Shown here one piece after another: positions 55,472-64,000 of a DNA stretch of 64,000 nucleotides. The notes under the pieces were generated by a model, which saw only the letters and a program-made list of their open reading frames with translations, searched no databases and had not been told where the DNA came from. Made by a program: the position numbers and the translations under genes. The stretch is taken from positions 124,001 to 188,000 of the IMG/VR virus record IMGVR_UViG_3300037116_000299; one strand, written 5' to 3'. Numbering within the stretch: the first letter of the stretch is position 1; each line of letters starts with the position of its first letter.

Positions 55472-55629
55472 ACCTTTGATAGATGCGGCGGAACAGCGAT
55501 GCTGTTCTAGCCACCAAGGCTCCCACCGGGCGGACGAGTAACTCACCTGGACTTCCGCGATAGCACCCTGCCGTCCTCACCTGTGCTCCCCACCTCGCTC
55601 GGAAGCGTCCGCCCACCCCTCTCCCTCCC

Positions 55630-58600
55630 ATGCCAAATCCCCTCCCATCGATGACCCGAACCGCCCTCAACTCCCTCAATGAGGGTGTTGACGGCGTGCG
55701 TGCATGGGCGAATCTCAGCCTGCTGCACTCCAGGGTGGGTATGGGAGCGGGCATTGCCATGCTGGCAGCTCCGTTGTTCCTGAAGAATGACGAGCGCGGT
55801 TACTTCCAGACGGCTGCGATGACCACTCCCTTGATCGCCGCCGGCGCCATGGTAGCGCCGCGGCTGTTCCCGACGCTGCAGCGCGAAGGTAAACGCCTCA
55901 TCGACGTGGTCAAGCAGGTTCCTACCGACTACGGCTTTCAGAGCGGGGTCTACAACGCCGAGAGCGGCGCAATGAACCTATCCGAACTGCGCCAGGCCTT
56001 CGAAGGCGGACGCATCTCCTCCGCGGATTACAACCGAGGTTTGCTGCGCTATCACGGTGACATTGCCGCCAGCGTGATCAGTCCCGACGAGATCGACCGG
56101 CAGTTCCTGTCGGCATCCCGCACCTTCTCCGAACTGTACAAAGATCCCACCAAGCACCGCATGCTCGAGAACGCGCTGTACCGCGCGACGCTGAGCCAGG
56201 AAAGCGCCGGCGAGAAAGCTGCCTGGAACGACCTGACGGCGGTTGCACCAAAGATGTCGCTCAATGAGATCGACGACCTGTTCGACGCCTACTCCAAGAA
56301 CCCGGACTGGCTGAAACAGGTCAACTACCGAATGCAGGAAGCCCGCAAGGCAACTACATCCGGCGCCACCATTCCCTCAATCGACACCCTGGTCGATGCG
56401 AATGCCGAGTACGTGCACTCTTACAGCCTGGATACAGATCAGGGCATGGCGATGCTCAAGAACTCGCCGTTCCAGGATGAGATGAGCGAGATCGAGACCC
56501 TGCTCGGCACTCAGGGTGCGGGCTGGAAACGATCTGACTTCGAACTGCAGGTTCTGCCTGATCGCAACCAGGCAGTCAACCGCATCCAGGGCCTGATGGT
56601 TCGGGGCGAGCTGTCGATTCCTTTTGCTGATGCGGACGGCGGCGTGCGCCTGGGCAGCCGGTTCGACCGGCACGGGGCCTCCCGCTTCTTCATCACCCAC
56701 AACGACCGGCTCTCCTCCCAGGTCTATGCCCTGCGCGGGCTGCAGAGCGGCCCCGCCGCCATGCCGAGTGTGGCCGAGGAGCTGGCGCGCGCTCAGTTCA
56801 ACATTCAGGGCGATGCAGGTGCATTGCGCAACCAGAAGTTCTTCTTTGGCAAGCAGGGTGTCATGGGCAATCTGCCGAACTCATTTCCCACCGAACGAGG
56901 CGCAAAGGGATTTGCCGATCTTCGTCCGGAAGAGATGATGGCCGCGATCAAACATCAGACCGAGGGGCCGGATGGCCTGGTCCGGATGTCAGGCGGTACG
57001 GGTCTGGACATCTATGAAGATCGCTCACTGCGGTTGATCGAGCCCCAGGGCGTGCACTCGCGTGAGGCGGAGAGTCTGCGCGGCAAGGCCGTCAACAAGG
57101 GCGTCTCCGCCTGGGTAGCTCCCGGCCATGAAGGCTTCTCCGCCACCAACGCCGTGGATCTTCCTGAGTTTGCGATGCGGACCTACCAGGTGTCGGGCAG
57201 CCAGCATGCCTTCTTCAGCGAGATGCCGGAATGGAAGGCGATCGAGAACGACGTCAACCAGCAGTTCGGTTATATGGAAGCTGCCGGTTTCGGAGGCAGC
57301 TCCGCCCTGGAAGAAGAGGCACGACAACTGTCTGTCGATGTCGCCTTGAGCAAGATTGGCGCTCGGGAACGCATGATCACCTTCATGGCAGGAGATGCGG
57401 GTGTTGGTATGGAAGCAGCCGAGGCCATGTACACCAAGTTCCTGCCATTCCTGGCCAATCCCAAGAACTACGAGGCCATGCGATCGCTCTCCTATCTGGG
57501 AGATGGATCCAGAATCATGGGCAACAGCATCGGCGCTGGCTTCACCCAGACCCGCTCGGTGCGCCTGCACGAGAGCCTGCTCACCGAAGGCATGCTGAAC
57601 GGGGAGACCATTCCCGAAGGCACGCCACTGGGCTTCGAGTACGGCAACGCCGTGTTCCCCAACGGGGAGCGCAACAAGATCGTCTCGCACTCGAGCACCT
57701 TCAACGAAGACGGGTCAATGACCTTCCAGATCGAAGAGAACCTGGGCAGCCAAGGCCTGAAGACGCACGGCTACACCAAGCAGACGACTGTGCTCGGGCT
57801 CAACGACCTGACCCTGGACCGCGTGCGCCGCGGTACGAATGCGTGGCATCAGGCGACCGGCAGCGGTGGTGTGGTCGATGAGCGAGTAGCCGCCTTCACC
57901 CTGGAGGGTTCCAACTCGGCCAAGGCCAAGAACCCCCTCTCCATCATGGAGAACATGCTGGGCGCCACGCTGGGCGATGTCCAGCAGGCAAACGGTGAGC
58001 TGCCCGACTTTCTCAATGCCGGCCTCAAGCAGCTGTCGCCCTACGGCTATTCGTTTGAGAACGGCGGACTGCTCAGCGACTCGTCGAAGTTCCTGAGCAT
58101 GGAGCATGCTCCTGCGAACTACACCGCTGTGGCCGAGATTATGCACGGCTTGATGGAACAGACCGGCGCGGCCATCAAGGCCGAGCAAATCAAGCTGGAC
58201 GCATCCATGCGCGGCTACATTGACTGGTCCATGAAGAACTCCAACGGGTCTTATACCGACTACAAGACCCGCTTCGGCATGCCCGAATCTCTCAGCGTAT
58301 CCGATCACATGGCCCTGAACCACGCCGGTGAGGTTCGGATCACGCGCGACGCACTGCAGCAGTTGAACATTATGGGCTACCACGAGGTTGCCAAAGAGAT
58401 CAACGACCGCCTGCAGACCGACGGACTCCCGAGTATGACCCAGGACTTCCTCAAGCACATCGAGAAGGACGGCCAGGACTTCTCCGGTCAGTTTGGTGAT
58501 ACCACCGTTTCGCTCGCTGATGCAATGGGAGGTTCCGACCTGCGCCTGGGCACCGCCGCTGGGCGCTCGGGTACGATCTTCGACCCAAAGAATCCGCTTG

Positions 58601-60579
58601 CCCAGAAGAACTACTCCGTCCTGGCCAATGTGGAAGGCAAGGACTATTACATCCCTGCCCTGGGGCGAGAAGCCTTTGGAGGCGGAGCAAACGCATACGG
58701 CACCGACGGTTACTCGGCCAACACGTGGGAGGGCCAGTTCAAAGATGTGCTGCAGGCTGCCGGCGGCGACAAGGAACCCTTCGAAGCGAAACTCAAGACT
58801 TACACCGACACCGTGAAACAGAAGGTGGGGATGGGCAAGGAGAGTGTGTGGCGCCCGTCGTCCGTTGACCCTCTGGGCATGGAAGGGCGCGCCGCCTCGC
58901 GCGCTTCGTCTCTGCGCTACGCGGATGGTTCCGTAAACCCCTACGAGATCGGAGTGGGCAACCGTTATCTGGATCTGATGGCCGCCGACGATGCAGCCGC
59001 TCTGCGCCGCGGTGGTAGCCGAGCATCTCTGCTCTTGCGTCACCCGATCAACGCTCCGGCCATCACCGTGATGAAGTACGACCCGCGGCTGGACAACACC
59101 TGGGACATTGGAGTGGATCCTCTGCTGCAGTTGATCGATAAGGGCGACACCGACGGCGATCGTATGTCAGCCCATCTGATCAACGGGGACCACTTCACCA
59201 AAGAAGGTTTCGCCAACTTCATGAAGAATGAAGTTCACGGATCTCAGAGCCTGCAAAGCAGTCAGGTCAAGTTCAACCGAATCTTCAATGGTGATGAGGG
59301 GCCCGTTCCCTTCAAGGACTGGTTCGCCGAAGCAGGTGAAGGCGCCCGGCGGCGCAACGGGTTTGCCACCTTCGCAGGAGTTGATGTCCGCCGCGCCCTG
59401 ATGGCTCGCACCGCCGGCGCCGACGTCGGCATGCTGTCGAACACCTTTGAGCTGATGGAGACCACGATCGCGCACAGCAATTCGATCCGCATGCCTGCCG
59501 AGCGTCTACTTGCCCACCAGACCCTGTTCGATATCGTCAAGCAATCCTCGATTGCCGCCCAGAAGTTGAAGAAGGGGGACGCGGTCGGGGACTACACCCA
59601 GCTTATGGCCTGGAACAACAAGCTGCGTGGTTCCCTTGCAGATCGGTCTGCCAATGGCCAACAGGGCTTTATGAAGGCCCTCATGGAAGGCGCTGAGAAG
59701 TTCGGCAAGGATGTCGACATCAACGATGAACACGTTGGAATGGGCATTGCCACCCAGGCAGAGCTGGAAGCTGGCAGTCAAATCAATCCCTACGCGCGCT
59801 TGCTCGAGCACAAGGCTGATCTCTTCGGACGGGTCCACTCTAGCTTCGACCCGCGACAGGCAGATGCCCATAAGCTATGGACCATGTCCGCCGCTGATGC
59901 CGAGAAGTTCTACGGCAACGTCACCGGCCGGATGACCGACGATATGCTTCCCCTGATCCAGGCGGCAGCCAACCGAGGCAGCGCAAGCAATTTGAGTGCT
60001 GCGGTTCTGGGAGCTGAGAACGAAGCCAACAAGGTGGCGCAGTTTGCCGGGAAGGCACGGCGGGCGGCCGCCGGGTTGGTCGATGCGGCCGGGCAGTCTG
60101 CGGAAGAAGTCATGCGGACCGCTCGGGGAGCTGGCGTCAGTAAGGTCCTGGGCATCGGCATGGCAGCCGCGGCTGCAGGAGGCCTGCTGTTGGGGTCTCT
60201 GCACAGCCCGCGCGAGGGACAGGCTTTGGCTCCTCCATCGGGTAATGCCCAGCGTCCGGAAGAACGGATCGGAGTCGAAGATCGCATTCCAGGAGAACCT
60301 GAGCCTGGGGCGATGGCACCTGCCAACCCACCGCGTATGGTGAGGTCAGCTCGGCAGGGTGTACGCACTTCCGTCGTTGCCCCCATGGGTCGTGCGACCC
60401 AGCTCGAAGTCCACATGAAGGCCGACGACCGTAGTCGAGCGGCCGAAGCTGCCCGTCTTGCCGCAAGACTTGCCTCCGGCGATGGGAACTCCAGCACCAC
60501 GATCAATTACCGCGACACCACTCGACTGGACAGTCTCCGCACCCGGGACAAGGTCCGCGAGGCGATGAACGAAAGCTAA
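55630..60579 (+). CDS. Single-chain two-barrel RNA polymerase, probably virion-packaged (1649 aa)
   Basis: Beta'-like block GMEGRAA...PYEIGVG...LLLRHP (R1137)...IGVDPLLQLIDKGDTDGDRMSAHL (D1173/D1175/D1177; 59146-59160) parallels the SGR...RxP...NADFDGDQMAVH pattern; candidate beta-barrel lysines GLKTHGYTK (K711/K717); located in the tail operon. Confidence 0.82.
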   Translation: MPNPLPSMTRTALNSLNEGVDGVRAWANLSLLHSRVGMGAGIAMLAAPLFLKNDERGYFQTAAMTTPLIAAGAMVAPRLFPTLQREGKRLIDVVKQVPTDYGFQSGVYNAESGAMNLSELRQAFEGGRISSADYNRGLLRYHGDIAASVISPDEIDRQFLSASRTFSELYKDPTKHRMLENALYRATLSQESAGEKAAWNDLTAVAPKMSLNEIDDLFDAYSKNPDWLKQVNYRMQEARKATTSGATIPSIDTLVDANAEYVHSYSLDTDQGMAMLKNSPFQDEMSEIETLLGTQGAGWKRSDFELQVLPDRNQAVNRIQGLMVRGELSIPFADADGGVRLGSRFDRHGASRFFITHNDRLSSQVYALRGLQSGPAAMPSVAEELARAQFNIQGDAGALRNQKFFFGKQGVMGNLPNSFPTERGAKGFADLRPEEMMAAIKHQTEGPDGLVRMSGGTGLDIYEDRSLRLIEPQGVHSREAESLRGKAVNKGVSAWVAPGHEGFSATNAVDLPEFAMRTYQVSGSQHAFFSEMPEWKAIENDVNQQFGYMEAAGFGGSSALEEEARQLSVDVALSKIGARERMITFMAGDAGVGMEAAEAMYTKFLPFLANPKNYEAMRSLSYLGDGSRIMGNSIGAGFTQTRSVRLHESLLTEGMLNGETIPEGTPLGFEYGNAVFPNGERNKIVSHSSTFNEDGSMTFQIEENLGSQGLKTHGYTKQTTVLGLNDLTLDRVRRGTNAWHQATGSGGVVDERVAAFTLEGSNSAKAKNPLSIMENMLGATLGDVQQANGELPDFLNAGLKQLSPYGYSFENGGLLSDSSKFLSMEHAPANYTAVAEIMHGLMEQTGAAIKAEQIKLDASMRGYIDWSMKNSNGSYTDYKTRFGMPESLSVSDHMALNHAGEVRITRDALQQLNIMGYHEVAKEINDRLQTDGLPSMTQDFLKHIEKDGQDFSGQFGDTTVSLADAMGGSDLRLGTAAGRSGTIFDPKNPLAQKNYSVLANVEGKDYYIPALGREAFGGGANAYGTDGYSANTWEGQFKDVLQAAGGDKEPFEAKLKTYTDTVKQKVGMGKESVWRPSSVDPLGMEGRAASRASSLRYADGSVNPYEIGVGNRYLDLMAADDAAALRRGGSRASLLLRHPINAPAITVMKYDPRLDNTWDIGVDPLLQLIDKGDTDGDRMSAHLINGDHFTKEGFANFMKNEVHGSQSLQSSQVKFNRIFNGDEGPVPFKDWFAEAGEGARRRNGFATFAGVDVRRALMARTAGADVGMLSNTFELMETTIAHSNSIRMPAERLLAHQTLFDIVKQSSIAAQKLKKGDAVGDYTQLMAWNNKLRGSLADRSANGQQGFMKALMEGAEKFGKDVDINDEHVGMGIATQAELEAGSQINPYARLLEHKADLFGRVHSSFDPRQADAHKLWTMSAADAEKFYGNVTGRMTDDMLPLIQAAANRGSASNLSAAVLGAENEANKVAQFAGKARRAAAGLVDAAGQSAEEVMRTARGAGVSKVLGIGMAAAAAGGLLLGSLHSPREGQALAPPSGNAQRPEERIGVEDRIPGEPEPGAMAPANPPRMVRSARQGVRTSVVAPMGRATQLEVHMKADDRSRAAEAARLAARLASGDGNSSTTINYRDTTRLDSLRTRDKVREAMNES

Positions 60580-60582
60580 ACC

Positions 60583-63500
60583 ATGAGTGTTACCTTCTCC
60601 ACCAGCAACTCGGGCCCTTCGTCTGCCGGCTACTTCCGGATCGGCTTTGTCACGCTGCAGATCCCGCCTCAGAACATCGTGACCTCGCGCGTCGTCAACA
60701 ACGACAAGCTGGCCACTCTGCGCGGCATGAACGAGATGTTCCGCAAGACCGGTCAGGCTCGCTGGGACGTAACCGTGAGCTGGGCCGCCATGATGGGCGG
60801 CGCCACACCCGAAGCCAAGTACCAGCAGTGGAATGATCTGCAGAACGTCGCCGCCATGTTCAAGGCAGCTCCCTTTGTCGAAGTCGAGTCACCTCACCTG
60901 CGCCAGGTCCTGGCCCCTCACGATCCGCTGATGGCTTATCCCCACCGGCTGGGGATGGCGTTGCGGCAGCTACGCGTTGATTCCCATCCCGATATCGTGG
61001 ACACCCTTCTGGTCACGTTGACGATGACCTACTTCAACTTCGGTCCCTACTCTGTGGCCTTCGACTATGTGGGCGACGAAGGACAGCCAGTCAGCGCCGA
61101 TCAATGCACCAAGTTCAAGAACTACATCGCCATGTGGCGCGCGAACAATATGGACCACGTCTCCGCGCGGGACGGCGACCCGATCGCACCGCTGTGGATG
61201 GCACAGGATCCAGGCGAGATGGCCCTGAAGTACCGGATCTACAACCCGGTTCCAACCGGTCAACTGCCGGACTTTGGAACCATGGTCATGCCTGGCGGCG
61301 CCCAGGTGGGCACGACAGTGCTGCCCAGCACCTACACTCCAGCGTCAGCGACATCTGCCGCGGCCGGCAAAGCGAGCAAGGGAACTCTGCCTCCGGATAT
61401 CGAAGCTCTGATTCGGAAGACGGCACTTACGGTCAAAGGGTACTGTGATCCGGCTATTGCCTGTGCAGTCTGTCTCACCGAAAGCGCTGGAAACCCAACT
61501 GCTCACAATGCAGGATCGACAGCACAGGGTCTCTTTCAGTTGCTGGCAGGCACGCGCCAGTCCCTCAACGTGGCGGACGGCTTCAATGCACAGCAGAGCG
61601 CCCAAGGTGGCTGCCAGTACCTGGCCGATCTGTTCAAGAAACTGGGCACCTGGGAGCTTGCCGTTGCTGGTTTCAACCAGGGATCCGGCACCATCGTTGC
61701 TTATCGGGACGGCAAGGCCTTGACCGACAAGAGCAACGGGCACGTGATCAATCCGAACAAGCTGGTGACCGGTGGAATTCCTCCGGATCCTGCTGTGCAG
61801 CGGTACGTTTCAACCATCCTGCGCAATGCACAGATGAAGTTCGGATTCACCGGGCAGACAGCACCTCAGCCAGGCTCCCAGCGGCCACAGACCGCACAAG
61901 TGGCACCGGCCGCTGCGACCAACAGCGCCACATCGCCCGCCACTTCCACCAGCAATCCAATGACAGCGACGGACTCCGCGACCGAACAGGCGTTCCAGGC
62001 CCAGGCTACCGAGATGGCGGCCGACGGTTGGAGTCTTGATCATCGGTCGGACACCGCGGGCGTCGGGATCTGCTTCTTCTACAAGGAAGCCGAAGTGAGG
62101 ATGGCTCCGCTCGATTCGTCTACGGCGGATGTCACCGGCGGCATCTGGCCCACCCAGTTCTCGGTTCTGCTGGTGAACAATCTGGCGCAGATCCCTCTGT
62201 CCGGTTATCAGTATCCGACCTATCAGCATCTTGGCCCCTGCAGTTCGCTGGTGCAGATCTCGTTCATGTCCAAGGGCGAGCGCGCCGACGAAACCCAGGA
62301 ACCTGTGCACGAAGGCCTCAGGTCGCTATCCTCCATGGCTCACTTCATGGAACAACAGCACCTGCGTCTGCGCACGCAACTGCGCACGCCCAATTCCCTG
62401 CATCGGATGCAGGCAGTCTACGTTGAGAACCAGGTCCTGAACATGCTCGGCATCTACGGCCTCATGCTTGACCAGGTCACTACCGAGACATTGCCCGAGT
62501 CCTCGGACCTGGTCACGGCGCAGCTGACGGCCAGCCAGTACGAGAACCGCTTCGAAGAGATCGAGCCCTACAAGTTGAACGGCATCTCCCAGGCCTACAA
62601 CCAGGGGTTGAAGGACCTGGTGCTGACCGACAATACCATTCAGCAGGCACCTTCCGATGTCCAGGGACCGTTGAAGCCCATCTTGAACTACCGCACCCAG
62701 GCAGATAACGCAGATGAAAATGCGATGATCGCGCGCCTGATGGAAGTCGCGGCTCAGCCGTCGTCGACTCTGTTCACGTACATGGCAGGTGCACCCACTT
62801 TCACCATCAGCCAGGTCGACGCCGCCCAGATCACCTACCAGACGGGAGTGGACTGGTCGAAGTATCCGGTCGCACTCGCCCGGGTGAAGCAACTCCAGCA
62901 GACTGGCGATGCTCAGACCTGGACGATGGCCGACTACCTGATGATCAAGAGCGTGGCCTGGAAGGTCTACAAGCCGGTTAATCTGGGCGGCAGTATTCAA
63001 CACGTCGACTCAACCTTCCAGGGCAACACCCGCCGGACGATGGTCCAGGATGCGTATCAGCGGCTGTTCGCGTACTTTGCCGCGAGCGACACCGGACTGC
63101 GCACCGCTCTCAACCAGGTGATGAACAGCCCAGCCCTGGCCGCCAAGGTCAAGGGCGCAGTGCCCTCCGGGGACCCGTCGCTGGCGTCACCAGGATCCAA
63201 CGACCACGGCGCCTACCGGGATATGGGTTTGAACACCATCCTGTTGAACGGCGAAGACTTCAACCCCGGCATGTACTTTGTCAACAACAACGAACAGTAC
63301 AAGACACTTGCGAAAGGCGCCCTGCTGGATGTGATGAGGTCGACGGCATCGGCGGCGGCGCAGACCAACAGCAATGACAACAGCCAGCAGCTGCCGAATT
63401 CAGTGGCCCCAATCTCCTCGACGACATCTCTGACTCCGACAAACCTCCCCGTAGATCAGGCAGGACAGATCAACCTGCCGGCAGGCCTCAAGTCGATCCC

Positions 63501-64000
63501 CGGCAATGCGGATACGGTCATGCGGATGTGCAACATCCCCGGCTACAACATGGCCGAGGCGTTCCCGACCTTCAAGCTGATGTTCCTGGAGGACGAGAAC
63601 AACAACGTCTATTACGCATTCGACGACTTCTTCAGCTATGCCTCGGTGCTCGACTTCGAGATGCAGCGGCCGTGGAATCGCCCGGCTACACTGCAGATCA
63701 AGATCACCAACCTGGCCTACCTGCTCAACCACAAGATCTACGATGCTTCGACCGCTGGCAAGTGGGCGTCCTACCGCGACCGCTTTGCCACCGAGGTCTC
63801 CGGATCCGCAGCAGTCGCTGTTCCTAGCGACACCAACACCAAGATCACTGCCGGAAAGGAAGGCATCGGAGGCACGCCCTATCAGCTGATGGGCCCGGAC
63901 ATGACCGAAGGCCCGCGCGGCGGCAACATGAAGAACCGTCGCATTCCGCTGCAGTATTTCCCACTGCAGACCGGCACCAAGATCCAACTGCGGGTTGGCT
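60583..64000 (+). CDS. Large baseplate-hub-like protein with internal SLT lytic transglycosylase; 3'-partial, >=1139 aa, not in ORF track
   Basis: ATG 60583; SLT motifs in this frame AVCLTESAGNP (catalytic E at 61480), AQGLFQL, GGCQYL, LAVAGFNQG; same frame ends GTKIQLRVG at the window edge. Confidence 0.8.
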   Translation, partial: MSVTFSTSNSGPSSAGYFRIGFVTLQIPPQNIVTSRVVNNDKLATLRGMNEMFRKTGQARWDVTVSWAAMMGGATPEAKYQQWNDLQNVAAMFKAAPFVEVESPHLRQVLAPHDPLMAYPHRLGMALRQLRVDSHPDIVDTLLVTLTMTYFNFGPYSVAFDYVGDEGQPVSADQCTKFKNYIAMWRANNMDHVSARDGDPIAPLWMAQDPGEMALKYRIYNPVPTGQLPDFGTMVMPGGAQVGTTVLPSTYTPASATSAAAGKASKGTLPPDIEALIRKTALTVKGYCDPAIACAVCLTESAGNPTAHNAGSTAQGLFQLLAGTRQSLNVADGFNAQQSAQGGCQYLADLFKKLGTWELAVAGFNQGSGTIVAYRDGKALTDKSNGHVINPNKLVTGGIPPDPAVQRYVSTILRNAQMKFGFTGQTAPQPGSQRPQTAQVAPAAATNSATSPATSTSNPMTATDSATEQAFQAQATEMAADGWSLDHRSDTAGVGICFFYKEAEVRMAPLDSSTADVTGGIWPTQFSVLLVNNLAQIPLSGYQYPTYQHLGPCSSLVQISFMSKGERADETQEPVHEGLRSLSSMAHFMEQQHLRLRTQLRTPNSLHRMQAVYVENQVLNMLGIYGLMLDQVTTETLPESSDLVTAQLTASQYENRFEEIEPYKLNGISQAYNQGLKDLVLTDNTIQQAPSDVQGPLKPILNYRTQADNADENAMIARLMEVAAQPSSTLFTYMAGAPTFTISQVDAAQITYQTGVDWSKYPVALARVKQLQQTGDAQTWTMADYLMIKSVAWKVYKPVNLGGSIQHVDSTFQGNTRRTMVQDAYQRLFAYFAASDTGLRTALNQVMNSPALAAKVKGAVPSGDPSLASPGSNDHGAYRDMGLNTILLNGEDFNPGMYFVNNNEQYKTLAKGALLDVMRSTASAAAQTNSNDNSQQLPNSVAPISSTTSLTPTNLPVDQAGQINLPAGLKSIPGNADTVMRMCNIPGYNMAEAFPTFKLMFLEDENNNVYYAFDDFFSYASVLDFEMQRPWNRPATLQIKITNLAYLLNHKIYDASTAGKWASYRDRFATEVSGSAAVAVPSDTNTKITAGKEGIGGTPYQLMGPDMTEGPRGGNMKNRRIPLQYFPLQTGTKIQLRVG

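Noticed and set aside
1-64000. Prophage or mobile-element signatures (integrase, att sites, IS, introns, inteins)
   Set aside because: None seen. TerL, portal, MCP and both polymerases appear uninterrupted. Lifestyle and host cannot be determined from this window.

Overview
64 kb of a large, high-GC tailed dsDNA phage genome with a contractile-tail (myovirus) morphogenesis module. No tRNA, rRNA, CRISPR array, integrase or IS was found. Layout: (i) 1-3689, leftward genes ending in a >=931-aa single-chain two-barrel RNA polymerase (YonO/cellular-RdRP-like; absent from the ORF track because it runs off the window) whose catalytic loop reads GGDMDD instead of DxDGD. (ii) 3969-16023, rightward small accessory genes (GroES, MmcB-like nuclease, C39-like peptidase, dual-specificity phosphatase, dCMP deaminase, metallophosphoesterase, JAB protease) and an AT-rich island with four 15-bp palindromes. 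(iii) 16222-64000, packaging, head, lysis, fibre and tail genes. The tail region holds three giant proteins: a 1676-aa tape-measure-position protein with an intact N-terminal DEDDh exonuclease, a 1649-aa second RNA polymerase (RHP...GDTDGD; probably virion-packaged) and a >=1139-aa SLT-containing hub-like protein. A stand-alone ClpB-D2-type ATPase sits between the first two. Two recurring intergenic motifs look like phage promoter classes: CTTTGGTA(G/C/T)-N15/16-NANNNT (9 sites, sigma70-like geometry, some apparently leaderless) and CCTATACTAG (5 sites, before structural operons). All family assignments come from motif recognition by eye; no database searches were run.
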